DNA of 64,000 bases, from positions 13,568-77,567 of the IMG/VR virus record IMGVR_UViG_3300031885_000005; one strand, given 5' to 3'. The notes under the pieces were generated by a model, which saw only the letters and a program-made list of their open reading frames with translations, did no database searches and was not told where the DNA came from. Each line of letters opens with the position of its first letter. Position 1 is the first letter of the stretch. Source of the DNA: a virus. The translations under genes were made by a program, and so were the position numbers. This document shows positions 40,657 to 50,956 of the stretch, piece by piece.

Positions 40657-41676
40657 TTATTCTTTCTCCATCTCAATCCATTCAGAATACAGCGATTCTA
40701 TTTGAGAATCGGTTGGTTTTTTGAACCCGAATTCATTATAAAAATTGCATCTGGTTTCGGTCTCTTCTGGAGCTGTACCGCTAATTTTTTTCTTTTCTAA
40801 TCTGTAACAAATCAAAAATCCTATTGGGAATGATTTATTTTTATCTCCTATTTTAAATTTATAAGTTGGTGCATCTGCTTTAGTAGCCCGATATGCTTTA
40901 ATAATAAGTGTAGCCCAATGAGCAAGGGCTTTTCCTCCACTTAATTTCTCCAACTTGATGTACCCCCCTAAATCCATTCGGCTTTGCCCGATAAGGATGA
41001 AAGTTACATTACCTTTATAATTTCCTGAAGCATCCATTCTAAAAAATTGGCTAAGACGTCTTGCCAAAAGTGCCATGGTATCTTCCGAAGTGGATTTGGT
41101 TTCGCCTTTCTTGGTTTCTTGTTCGCCTTCAGGACTTAAAGACTGTACCGAATCAAGTATAATTAAATCAATTACTTTTTCTTTGCTCATCTTTATTGCG
41201 GTATCTAAGGCTTCTTCGGCATTATCAAAATGACCAATTAATAATTTACTTCTATCTACTCCACATTTATCTGCCCAAGAATTGTCAAATGAAGTTTCAA
41301 GGTCTAAATAAAGGCAAATCTTTCCAAATTTCTGAGCTTGAGCAATTAAATATAATGCAGTAGTAGATTTGGTACTTCCTTTATTACCCCAAATAACAGA
41401 AAATGCACCAGAAGGAAATCCCTTAATCATCTTATCTAATTCAGGTATTCCTGTAGGGATTCTTTCTCTCTCTGGTTCTTCTGAAGCGAAATGTATTATT
41501 TCGTGTCCAAAAGTTTTGCTCAAATCATTAACAACTCGTTTAAGGTTGGGATTTATTTCTTCTTTTTTATTATCCTCTTTGCGTTCTTCTAATAATTTAT
41601 GGCATATTGGAGGAGTTTTAATTATTTCTTCTTTTGCCTTAGTTATTTTATTCTTACCGCCCTTTTTTCTGCCCAT
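40657..41676 (-). CDS. recA: RecA/UvsX-like recombinase
   Basis: IPTGIPELD, GNKGSTKST, IILDSV, MALLARRLSQ, SGGKALAH. Confidence 0.88.
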   Translation of the reverse strand: MGRKKGGKNKITKAKEEIIKTPPICHKLLEERKEDNKKEEINPNLKRVVNDLSKTFGHEIIHFASEEPERERIPTGIPELDKMIKGFPSGAFSVIWGNKGSTKSTTALYLIAQAQKFGKICLYLDLETSFDNSWADKCGVDRSKLLIGHFDNAEEALDTAIKMSKEKVIDLIILDSVQSLSPEGEQETKKGETKSTSEDTMALLARRLSQFFRMDASGNYKGNVTFILIGQSRMDLGGYIKLEKLSGGKALAHWATLIIKAYRATKADAPTYKFKIGDKNKSFPIGFLICYRLEKKKISGTAPEETETRCNFYNEFGFKKPTDSQIESLYSEWIEMEKE

Positions 41677-41708
41677 CTTTAATCTCCTTTAATTTTTTCA
41701 GAATAGAA

Positions 41709-42380
41709 CTACGATTTATTAGTTGGGGTAACATTGAATATAGTTCCATTTTTAACTTTAACCGTATCACCATTTACCATATTACCTTCGGATTTATTGC
41801 CTTCCCCTCTTTTATATGTCATTGTGTAAATTGTGGTATCATTTATTTCGCTGGTATTAAAAGCTAACTCAATCACCTGAATAAACGTGATTTCCCTAAA
41901 TGACCAACTTTTTTCTCTGCCATTTACAATAATCGTAAATTCTTTGTTTTGTCCAAGAGAATCATTTTTTTCTTCCGCAAATTTAATATTAAAAATAAGC
42001 CACTTCCCCAAAATCTCATGAATAAAATAATCAACCGCACGTACAATATCTTCTTTTGTTATTGGTTTAAATGTTTTTAAAGTAATTGTATTGTCAAAAT
42101 AAAGTGGTATATAACTTGCCCTTACTCCATCCCAAGTTTCAATTACTTTGGATTTTGGAGTTTTAAAATAATTTTTAAAAGCAATATCTAAATCTTTGAA
42201 TCCATTATAATTTTGAATAGTAAAAAGACCAATGTCCGAATCCGCTAAATAAACATCAAATAAACAATCATTCTCATTATTTTGCATCATTTCCCAAGTA
42301 TCAATAATAAGAGTTTGATTATGAGACCAATAATATTTTTCTATTTGTTTGATTAATTTTTTCTTTTCTCTATTACTCAT
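41709..42380 (-). CDS. Unknown N-terminal domain fused to a C-terminal multi-ubiquitin (Ubl) domain
   Basis: C-terminus KEFTIIVNGREK...ITF.QVIELAF...YTMTYKRG...EG.MV.GDTVKVKNGTIFNVTPTNKS. Confidence 0.75.
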   Translation of the reverse strand: MSNREKKKLIKQIEKYYWSHNQTLIIDTWEMMQNNENDCLFDVYLADSDIGLFTIQNYNGFKDLDIAFKNYFKTPKSKVIETWDGVRASYIPLYFDNTITLKTFKPITKEDIVRAVDYFIHEILGKWLIFNIKFAEEKNDSLGQNKEFTIIVNGREKSWSFREITFIQVIELAFNTSEINDTTIYTMTYKRGEGNKSEGNMVNGDTVKVKNGTIFNVTPTNKS

Positions 42381-42730
42381 TTTATTCCTCCATCCAATCA
42401 ATTATTAAATTGTACCAAATCAAACTAATTTCTAATAATTTATAATCTGTATTGATTCCAAATCCAGTAATTGTTAAAGGATAAAAATAAATTTTAAAGA
42501 TGCCAATTTTTTTCATTTTATTTATAGACCATCGCAAAATATTTAATTTCTTTCCATAAATCTTTTTCTTTATCTACTCTAAACATGGTTTTTCTTCCTT
42601 GTCCATGTTCTATAGTAACTAAAAAAGCAACACATCTATTTTCAATATACATTTTATCTTGATATTGTTCTATTAATCGGTCTATTTTTATAGTTACATC
42701 TCTCCAAACTTTATCTTTTAGTCTTTTCAT

Positions 42731-43018
42731 TTAATTACCTCCTAAAAATCTCTGATTTCCATGCCCATAATTTTTAATAGGTCTTTTTAACCAATCTTCT
42801 AATAATGAAATCTGTTGACTTTTTTTTGTAATTATAAGAATATTAATACATCCTAATTTTTTTAATTGTTGCAATACTTCATCTTGGATTCCATAACTTT
42901 TTTCAAGTATCATAAAGTGATTTTTCTTTACTTTTTTAATAAAAGTATAATCAAAAGAATTATATTCTCCTGCCAAGATGTTCTTTCCTTTACCTGGGTC
43001 AAAACAATAAATTTTCAT
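42731..43018 (-). CDS. Conserved phage hypothetical protein
   Basis: KKVKKNHFM...YGIQ...YGHGNQRFL. Confidence 0.5.
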   Translation of the reverse strand: MKIYCFDPGKGKNILAGEYNSFDYTFIKKVKKNHFMILEKSYGIQDEVLQQLKKLGCINILIITKKSQQISLLEDWLKRPIKNYGHGNQRFLGGN

Positions 43019-43350
43019 CTTTTCTCTTTCAATAATTTACAAAAATCAGCAAAAGATAACATAATTAATTTTCCTTCCACTTCATGTTCGATTACATATA
43101 AGGGAATCTTGGTCGTAGAAAAAGGAAGGGAATCTATTAATTCCTCCCATACTTTTTTAGAGAACCATTTTCCTTTATGGGATTTGCATTCACAAAATAC
43201 ATTTTGACTTGTTATATCTGCAAGTTCCGTATTCCTCTGCCCTCCACTTGAGGCTTTGGAACAACGAACAGGAGGGTTTTCTTGGAAGATTTCCTGTAAT
43301 CTATCGGCTACCAATAACTCTAATTGTTTACCTTTATCTTTATTGGTCAT
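43015..43350 (-). CDS. Hjc-type PD-(D/E)XK Holliday junction resolvase
   Basis: KGKQLE..VA, SSGG, ADI, ECK. Confidence 0.7.
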   Translation of the reverse strand: MTNKDKGKQLELLVADRLQEIFQENPPVRCSKASSGGQRNTELADITSQNVFCECKSHKGKWFSKKVWEELIDSLPFSTTKIPLYVIEHEVEGKLIMLSFADFCKLLKEKR

Positions 43351-43877
43351 TTTTTGTTTTTACTTAAATTATCTTTTGCCCAAAGGGGTTGGAGATTTTT
43401 ATAATTAAAACATTTCTTTTGTTCAGATTCTTTACTTAAATCAAAAGAAACACAAGGTCTTATATGGTCAACGTGCCAACCATAGTAACCATAATTATTC
43501 CAAGACATGCCTGACTCGAATTGAGATTCGAGGTGTTTCTTCAATTTATCAATACTACATCCTACTAAATTCATAGTAGTAGATAATTTTGGATTGCCTT
43601 TTAAAATTTCATTTATTCGTGTTCTTAAATTACATATCAATCTAAAATAAATATCTGCCTTTCTTCTATTTTTGCGATATTTATTAGATTTTATAATATG
43701 ATTTTTGCGGTATTTTTTCATATATTTTTTAATTTTTTCTTTATTTTTTTGTTGATATTTTTTTTGATGTTCTGAGATTTCTAATTTATGTTTAATATAA
43801 TATTCTGCATGATATTTTTTTCGTTCTATTTTATATTTTATATATCTTTTTTTGTCGTAGTTTTTTCTATTAAACAT
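43347..43877 (-). CDS. Free-standing HNH (endonuclease VII-like) homing endonuclease
   Basis: Lys/Tyr-rich N-terminus; WHVDHIRPC...NLQPLWAKDNLSK. Confidence 0.85.
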   Translation of the reverse strand: MFNRKNYDKKRYIKYKIERKKYHAEYYIKHKLEISEHQKKYQQKNKEKIKKYMKKYRKNHIIKSNKYRKNRRKADIYFRLICNLRTRINEILKGNPKLSTTMNLVGCSIDKLKKHLESQFESGMSWNNYGYYGWHVDHIRPCVSFDLSKESEQKKCFNYKNLQPLWAKDNLSKNKK

Positions 43878-44052
43878 TTTTATTAATTATAATAAACCAA
43901 AAAATCTTATCCAACTAAACTTAAATTTTAAACAATAATGTTTGGTAGGTTCTGTAACATGTAAAAAATCATATATTTCACAACGAAATCCACTTACATC
44001 ATCCAAATCAGGATAATAACAAAATCTGCAATATCGGCAAGATTTAAACATT

Positions 44053-45966
44053 TTATAAGTTATTTTTCTTTTTTAATTCTCTGGTTTCAAAATTAAATTC
44101 ACATGGGATTATATAATTTGAATAATGCCCACGAGGGTCGGTAATTTTGTCTATTTGAAAATGACTTATTGTTCCTGTCTCATCATCATAAACAAAACGA
44201 GTAGCAAATCTTGGGAATGATTTTATTAGATTTACCGCAAACCATTGATAATCTTCTTTGAGTTGAGTAAATATTATAAGAATTCCTCCTTTGCGAATCA
44301 TTTCATCATTGAGATGTTTAAATATTGCTTGTGTTTGTGCAAAGTCATCTCCTAAATAAATCCAATCTAAAATATTGACCGAATTTGATTCTATTTCGAT
44401 TTGTAAAGGATTAGTTATTTGTTCTTTTGGAATATAATAATCTTTTTGTGTAAGTCCTAATAATCCAGCAACTTTTTCATGGCGACTTCCCGCTTCGAGA
44501 GATAAATAAAATGGAGTAATTCCTTGTTCTTTAAATTTTTTAATAAAATTAATAGCTATTGTAGTTTTCCCATGTCCTTGGGGTGCACCAATAAGAATAA
44601 TATCCCCATTTCTAAAATAAGCTACATCGTCAAAATAGGGGATTTTGTAATTTATTTCTTTTGATTGTTCTTGAGTTTCATTGACCCATTCAACTGCTTG
44701 TTTGCAATCGTATCTACCTCTACCTCGTCTACTTAATTTTCCCTCTTTATGTAACTTGGCAAGATATTTATCAACGATAGCTCTTTTCTTATTATCTCCA
44801 GGAAAAACATGGTCTATAATATCTTTTGCCGAGATGTCAGTCTGAATTATTTGGCAAGCATCATAAATTGATTTTTCTTGAGTTTGGTCTTCCGTTCCTC
44901 GGTACCCTTCAAGACTTCCTAACATTGCCTCAATTACATTTGTTGGCATCGGATTTCTTAGCCAATTTTTATTTAAATAAAATAGAATTCCCTTAACAAT
45001 ATCTATTGATAATCCCATTTTTATTAATACTCCGCCAAAGCAAACAAAAGTATCATTACAACATCCTTCAAGATTATTATTAATTAATTCTATTGGATGT
45101 TCTGTAGCATCTTTTATTTTTTGCGATAATTCCGATGTTGTTTCGGATTTTCTACTTTTTTCTGCTTTGATTATTTCTAATAATTTAGATTTTAATTCTG
45201 GAGGAATTGTTTTTATTTCAGTTCCAAGATTAATCCAATTATATGAATTTCCTTCGTATTTAGAAGGAGAAACTAAAAAATATCCTTTATGTGTTCTGGT
45301 ATCTATGGCTAATCCAGCCACATTTACTTTTTGTTTAAAACAAAGTTCAGAATCAAATATAAATACATAATGTTTTCCGCCTCTTGGGGTATTTTGGGTT
45401 AGAGTTTTATTATCTTCTAACAATTTTTTAAGTTCATCTCTTAGAGAAATAGATTCTTCTTTTACTTCTTTATCATCAAAATCAATTATCATTACATTAC
45501 TAAATTCGCAATTAACAGCCAAATTACATCCATTTTCCAACCAATTGAGCCATTTTGATTTTTCTTTAGTGCTTACTCCTTCTTCTCTCCAATGTTCATC
45601 TTTTAATGGTTTTTTACTATTTTTAGCAATGGCAAATAAACTCCATCCATACTTTTGATAATCGTCGAGTTCAGGGCAAATATCTATTTTCATAGTATTG
45701 GTCATAAAGGAAACGATTTCGTCATTAGAAAGAGTAGGTTTTTTTTCTACTAAACGAATAAGGTCATAGATAGTTCCCTTAAATCCGCAGGAGAGACAAT
45801 AGAATTTATCAGAACCTGGGATAGTTGTCATCGTAGGAGAATTAGTTTTAAATTTATGTTCTAATTCTTTTGGACAAGTAAATAAAATTTGTCCACGTTT
45901 AGAAGTTTTTGTGAAATTAGGAATTTTTTCTTTTAGGTATTTTAATAAATCTTCTACATTAATCAT
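44053..45966 (-). CDS. Primase-helicase fusion (Zn finger, Prim-Pol, wHTH, P-loop ATPase)
   Basis: CP...H...CLSC; IIDFD, TPRGGKHY, DTR; GAPQGHGKTT. Confidence 0.8.
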   Translation of the reverse strand: MINVEDLLKYLKEKIPNFTKTSKRGQILFTCPKELEHKFKTNSPTMTTIPGSDKFYCLSCGFKGTIYDLIRLVEKKPTLSNDEIVSFMTNTMKIDICPELDDYQKYGWSLFAIAKNSKKPLKDEHWREEGVSTKEKSKWLNWLENGCNLAVNCEFSNVMIIDFDDKEVKEESISLRDELKKLLEDNKTLTQNTPRGGKHYVFIFDSELCFKQKVNVAGLAIDTRTHKGYFLVSPSKYEGNSYNWINLGTEIKTIPPELKSKLLEIIKAEKSRKSETTSELSQKIKDATEHPIELINNNLEGCCNDTFVCFGGVLIKMGLSIDIVKGILFYLNKNWLRNPMPTNVIEAMLGSLEGYRGTEDQTQEKSIYDACQIIQTDISAKDIIDHVFPGDNKKRAIVDKYLAKLHKEGKLSRRGRGRYDCKQAVEWVNETQEQSKEINYKIPYFDDVAYFRNGDIILIGAPQGHGKTTIAINFIKKFKEQGITPFYLSLEAGSRHEKVAGLLGLTQKDYYIPKEQITNPLQIEIESNSVNILDWIYLGDDFAQTQAIFKHLNDEMIRKGGILIIFTQLKEDYQWFAVNLIKSFPRFATRFVYDDETGTISHFQIDKITDPRGHYSNYIIPCEFNFETRELKKKNNL

Positions 45967-46293
45967 TTATCACCTGGTTTTTTTAAAGGGCATAGTTTTT
46001 TTTCACATAATTGCGATTTGTTCTTAGGATGTATGCAAAAAATGCTCTTATCATACTGACATTGTTCGTATTTGCATTTTTTCATTTTATTCTAAATCCT
46101 CAGAATTAATTTCTTTGGTTTTGCTAATACAGTTCTCTCCACATTTTAAACATCTTGTCCAATAATTAATAAAAATAATAATCCCATCAAGTCCTAAATG
46201 CGATTCTACTACTGCATTTTGTTCTGTATCTTTTTTACAGCGAAAACAATAACTAATTATTTTTCTCATAATACATTCAAAAATAGTGAATAA

Positions 46294-46983
46294 TTATTCA
46301 GCCCTTAACCAATCCAATAATTGGTCTGCTATTATCTTTGTTGCTTCTGCTATAGTCTGTGGGTCGCTTCCTGCAAAATTTCCACTCACAGCAGCCCCAG
46401 CAGCATTTAATGAATTGCCTCTCATTATCTGAGCTGTTTTCTCAGGATTATCGTAATTAGTATATTTTCTTTCTTTTTGTTCTCCCAATTCTTCTTTTTC
46501 TCTCCTATTAACATGAGATTTTTCTTCATTGGGGGATTTTTTATTACACAAAAAACATTTTTTGTATTTATCATCTTTTAATGCTTTTCCACAATCCTCA
46601 CAAACAAATCCTGTTGCAGATTCTCTGACTTCTGATTTAGGTTCTTTATCTTTGCAATCCCAGCATTTAGGATAATTAACTCCGTTTCCTTTTAATTCTT
46701 TACCGCAAACTGAACAATTAGTATAGGTTCCTTTATTATCTTCTTTGTGTGTTTCTTTTGGTGCTTCCGCAGTTGTTCCAGAAACTTCTTTGATTAATGT
46801 AACTTCTCTTTTTACTCCTTTTTGAAAATAAGTAACTTCAACTACTTTTCCTTCCTCAATTTTAGCGAGAAAAGGAACGACCTTATCATTAGCATTAAAC
46901 CAACCTTCTTGTCCTTCCAAAATAAACCCCTTACCATTCTTCGCTTTCTTTGTTATCTTTGCTGTTATTGTTTGTGTGGGCAT
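46294..46983 (-). CDS. Putative ssDNA-binding OB-fold protein with Zn ribbons
   Basis: OB-like N-terminus; two CxxC...CxxC units; replication context. Confidence 0.45.
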   Translation of the reverse strand: MPTQTITAKITKKAKNGKGFILEGQEGWFNANDKVVPFLAKIEEGKVVEVTYFQKGVKREVTLIKEVSGTTAEAPKETHKEDNKGTYTNCSVCGKELKGNGVNYPKCWDCKDKEPKSEVRESATGFVCEDCGKALKDDKYKKCFLCNKKSPNEEKSHVNRREKEELGEQKERKYTNYDNPEKTAQIMRGNSLNAAGAAVSGNFAGSDPQTIAEATKIIADQLLDWLRAE

Positions 46984-47365
46984 TTATTCCTCCTTTTTAA
47001 CTAATTTAATAAAACCGCATCTTTTTTCTGTTAAATAATCTCTTCCAATAAATTTAGGATTCCTTTCTTCATCACAAACATAAACTTCATAGTCTCCAGT
47101 TTCATCATTAGCAAATAAACAATGAATAATTTCTAAACCTGTAACTAAATCAATAACTTTATAATAAGGTGCTTCCTTATCACCAGCATGTAATATCATT
47201 ATTTCCTCCCTGACAGGTTGACATCGAATTCATCTGATAATATAGCTATCTCTTTTATTCCTTTAGTAGCGAAATTCTGAATTTCGAAATATGCAGATTT
47301 AGTTAATGGTTCTCCTGTAACCTTTAAATATAGTGTAAAATTTTTGCGAACTATTTGACCTCTGT

Positions 47366-47995
47366 TCATAATTTATCTCCTTTTCTCAAATTCTCTTTCG
47401 CCCATAAAGGTTGAAGATTCGTGTAGTAAAAGCATTTGCGTTGTTCAGATTTTTTAATCAAATTAAATCTTGCACATGGAATGATATGGTCTATATGCCA
47501 TTTTCCATAATTTGAAAAAGACATGCCCGATTTAAATTTTTTTTCAAGATGTTTCTTTAATTTTTCAATAGAACAACCCACCAATTTCATTGTAGTTTCT
47601 GATTTAGGATTGCCTTTAAGAACTTTCCTAATTCTATTTCTCAAATAAACAGAAAGTTTAAAATTAATATTAGTTCTTAATTTATTTACTGCTCTTTGGT
47701 TTATTTCTTTCTTATATTTTTTTTGGTATTTTTTTATTTGTTTTAAAAATTTTTTTCTATTTTTTAAATACCATTTATGATTCTTTATAGCAATTTCTTT
47801 TTTATGTTTATTCTGATATTTTTTTTGTTTTTTAAGAATTTCTTTTTTATGTAATTTATAATATTTCTTGATATATTTTTTCATATATTCGATATGTTCT
47901 TGTTTGTGGCATTCTTTCGAACAATAAATTTGATTATTACTGCGTTTTATAAATATGTTTTCGCATATATGACATTTTTCTTTATATTTTTTCAT
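47366..47995 (-). CDS. Free-standing HNH homing endonuclease (paralog of 43347..43877)
   Basis: CHIC...YCSKEC; WHIDHIIPC...NLQPLWAKENLRK. Confidence 0.85.
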   Translation of the reverse strand: MKKYKEKCHICENIFIKRSNNQIYCSKECHKQEHIEYMKKYIKKYYKLHKKEILKKQKKYQNKHKKEIAIKNHKWYLKNRKKFLKQIKKYQKKYKKEINQRAVNKLRTNINFKLSVYLRNRIRKVLKGNPKSETTMKLVGCSIEKLKKHLEKKFKSGMSFSNYGKWHIDHIIPCARFNLIKKSEQRKCFYYTNLQPLWAKENLRKGDKL

Positions 47996-48157
47996 TTTAT
48001 TGTATCCCCCGAAAAACAAATTTTATTGCCTTTTTTATCGGTTATAATATGGTAATAAATCGATTCTTCCCAGTATCCCGAAAAATGACATGTTTTGCAA
48101 CCTTTACCTTTGCAGACCCAACAAAGATTTTTAATTATTTTTTTAATTACTTTTAAT

Positions 48158-48898
48158 TTACTCATTTAAATTATAAATCCTTTTGAATTTCTCTCTAATA
48201 GATTGAAAAGGTATTTTATGCAGATAGATGTTCTTCGGCATTATCTTACTTAATTCTTCTTTAATTGGATTCTCTATAAATTCGGGCAAAGGATTTATCA
48301 AATCCACAATCAACTTTCTTTTTATAAATTCTGCTTCTGAAGAAGGTTTGGTCAATAAATTATCTGAAATATCCCCGCTTATCTTGTCAAGCAAAACTTT
48401 AGTAGGATTGGGAACTTTTTTAAATTTTTTACTTCGGGGAGAAAATATAGAAACATTTGTAAATGTCAATAACATCTCCCAATCTTTATCACTTGAAATT
48501 AAAATTATTTCTTTATCTCTATAATAACGACAACAAACACTTGCAATATCATCTGCCTCTGCCTTGTAAATTTTAATTTGAGAAATAGGTAAACTTATAT
48601 CCATTTTTTTATACAATATATTAAATTTCTCATAACAAATTGTTCGCCATTCTTTTTCTTGTTCAGCTATTATGGCTCTTTGTGCTTTATAGGATTTATC
48701 AATTTCTTTTCTCCAAGAAGAATAATCTAATGCCAAAATAATTTCATCATCTAAAGTAGCATTTAATTTATTTAAATAACCGCTTATCATATTCAAATAA
48801 GTATATTCTACAGGAATATTCGGATTTACTTTTGAGGCATACATTGCAATGAATTGTATGTTTCCTCCATCTATTACTATAACTCTTTTATTTTCCAT
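48158..48898 (-). CDS. 5'-3' exonuclease / T4 RNase H-like
   Basis: VIDGGN, YKAQR, EADD, SSDKD, GDISDN. Confidence 0.88.
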   Translation of the reverse strand: MENKRVIVIDGGNIQFIAMYASKVNPNIPVEYTYLNMISGYLNKLNATLDDEIILALDYSSWRKEIDKSYKAQRAIIAEQEKEWRTICYEKFNILYKKMDISLPISQIKIYKAEADDIASVCCRYYRDKEIILISSDKDWEMLLTFTNVSIFSPRSKKFKKVPNPTKVLLDKISGDISDNLLTKPSSEAEFIKRKLIVDLINPLPEFIENPIKEELSKIMPKNIYLHKIPFQSIREKFKRIYNLNE

Positions 48899-49095
48899 TA
48901 ATATATTTTTTGAATTTAATTGTTTCTTTTCCAATTAAAGTTACTGTTCCCAATTCTTTTAATTTTTTAAATAGTTTTCCTGTATTTCCTGACCGAAATT
49001 CATAAATAGTTAATCCAATATAATCCAATCCATTTATCGGTCTTTTATCACATTCTATAATATGAAAATCGCAATTACATTTAAATTTTTTCATT

Positions 49096-49629
49096 TTAGT
49101 TTTCCTTTCGTGGGGTTAAATCTATATCACTATCCACTTCATTTCCCCAGACATCCCAGCCTTCTGTCTTTTGTCGGGCGAAAAGTTCTATCTTGCTCAT
49201 ATTAGGAAAACATTCGTCTATCCATTTTCTAACGCAATCTGGTTTCTGGCTGTGCTTTCTTCTTGCTTCCCTGAAAACCGAAGGAACTGAATGTGTTGGG
49301 TTTTTAGGATTACCCTTCTTACCAATAAGCAAAATCTCGTGGTAAACACGGAAGAAATAACCAAGACCATTCCCCTTGTCCCAAACGCCTGAAATTCTAT
49401 AATCAAATCCCCACGCCCTTACTACTTCTAAACATTGAGGTAATATCTTTGCTGTTCCCCAGAGAATTAACCAAGCGTTATCATCACTCGGTATATTAAG
49501 TTCCTTTATTTCACCTAAAGTCATTGTTGGATAAAAATGTTCATTCACAAAAATCTTCTTTTCTGGATATGTATTCTGATTTTCATATCTCCACGGCGGG
49601 TCAGCATAGATTATCTGGTATTTTTTCAT
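49096..49629 (-). CDS. MT-A70 family adenine methyltransferase
   Basis: YADPPW, YPTM, WGF.Y, HSQKP, IELFAR...GWDVWGNE. Confidence 0.9.
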   Translation of the reverse strand: MKKYQIIYADPPWRYENQNTYPEKKIFVNEHFYPTMTLGEIKELNIPSDDNAWLILWGTAKILPQCLEVVRAWGFDYRISGVWDKGNGLGYFFRVYHEILLIGKKGNPKNPTHSVPSVFREARRKHSQKPDCVRKWIDECFPNMSKIELFARQKTEGWDVWGNEVDSDIDLTPRKEN

Positions 49630-50241
49630 TCTTCCCTTCCACAAAGATTACACTTATAAATATCGTAACCATCAGAAGTAACACTCGCTATTTTCATTTC
49701 TTCTCCGCAACAACAACGATAATTTATTTCCGTATTAATTTTCATCCCACCCTCCTTTTAAACTCTTGAATTGCTGAGTTGAAGCCATACAAAGCATCAG
49801 TATTGTTACTAATAAAATCAGGTTTGGAATAATCAAGTTTTCTCTCCTTCGGCAACATCCCCAAGAAAACCTGCTTTAGGGATTCAACTATTTTATCTTC
49901 CCAAGACATATCCGATGTTTTTATATTCCCGTCTTGATGTCCTTTTAGATATACAGAACGAAGCAGTAATCTGAGCTTATCCATTTAGTTTTCCTTTCTT
50001 AGCTATTTCAATATCTGCTTTTAGGATTTCCCTATTAGCCTTACCGATTACACTATCCCCCATATCCAAACCCCTAAATCTTTCTGTGCGGAATTTAGTA
50101 TCTTCAACAATTTCTGCCCTTTTAGAATCTGCGTTCTCTTGGGCTTTATCAAAATCTTTTCCACAAGCAACGCTCCCACGATATTCATAAAGTTTGGATA
50201 AATCAAAATACTTTTTACAGATACAGCATTGCTCTTTCATT

Positions 50242-50715
50242 TTAGTTTTCGCTTTGCCCAGCAGGATGTTTTCCAGTTAAATAATTCATTAATGATTGAG
50301 CGGACATAATCATTTGCCCACAAGATTTATAATATGCTTCAAATAAATTCGCTGTTCTTACGCAAACTAAATTATTGACTTTTGATTTCGCTTTAGCCGT
50401 ATCATCTGTAGGTATTTTTTGTCCGCCTTTTCCGTCATCTATTAATTCTTTTTTTGCTTCCAAAAATTCTCTTGCTTCATTTGTTGAAGTATAAGATTCT
50501 GCTATCTTAGCAATAACTAAAACTTCTCCATGGATTCCTGTTAATCTACTAATTGTCTCTTTTAATTCAGTTCCTTCCGTAATAATATTTCCTTTGAAAT
50601 CCGATTGATAACCTTCAATACTTATGATAACATCTTTTATTTCTTGAACTTGTAAAAATTCTTCTATTCCTTCAATTCCTCTATCAAAATATTTTCTAAT
50701 ATTTTCGTATTTCAT
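50242..50715 (-). CDS. Hypothetical helical protein (possibly UvsY-like mediator)
   Basis: All-helical 157 aa; weak pattern only. Confidence 0.3.
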   Translation of the reverse strand: MKYENIRKYFDRGIEGIEEFLQVQEIKDVIISIEGYQSDFKGNIITEGTELKETISRLTGIHGEVLVIAKIAESYTSTNEAREFLEAKKELIDDGKGGQKIPTDDTAKAKSKVNNLVCVRTANLFEAYYKSCGQMIMSAQSLMNYLTGKHPAGQSEN

Positions 50716-50716
50716 T

Positions 50717-50944
50717 TTATTTTCTCCTTTTCTTGCGTTTTTCTAATTTTCTTTTTCTTTCAATCGACCCTATTAATTTGTGTCTTATTTCAGATGGTTT
50801 GATATAGTATTTTTTTTCTTTTACTTCCCGAATTATATCTTGAGATTTTTTCAAAAAAATCTTCAATTTTTTCTCAAATTCATAATCTACGGAGACATTC
50901 TCAGGAAGAATTATTGTTTTTTTTGGTTTCTCTTGGTCTAACAT
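50717..50944 (-). CDS. rpsU: Ribosomal protein bS21 homolog
   Basis: FEKKLKIF.KK...IIREVKEKKYYIKPSE.R followed by a basic tail. Confidence 0.8.
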   Translation of the reverse strand: MLDQEKPKKTIILPENVSVDYEFEKKLKIFLKKSQDIIREVKEKKYYIKPSEIRHKLIGSIERKRKLEKRKKRRK

Positions 50945-50956
50945 TTTATCCTTTTT

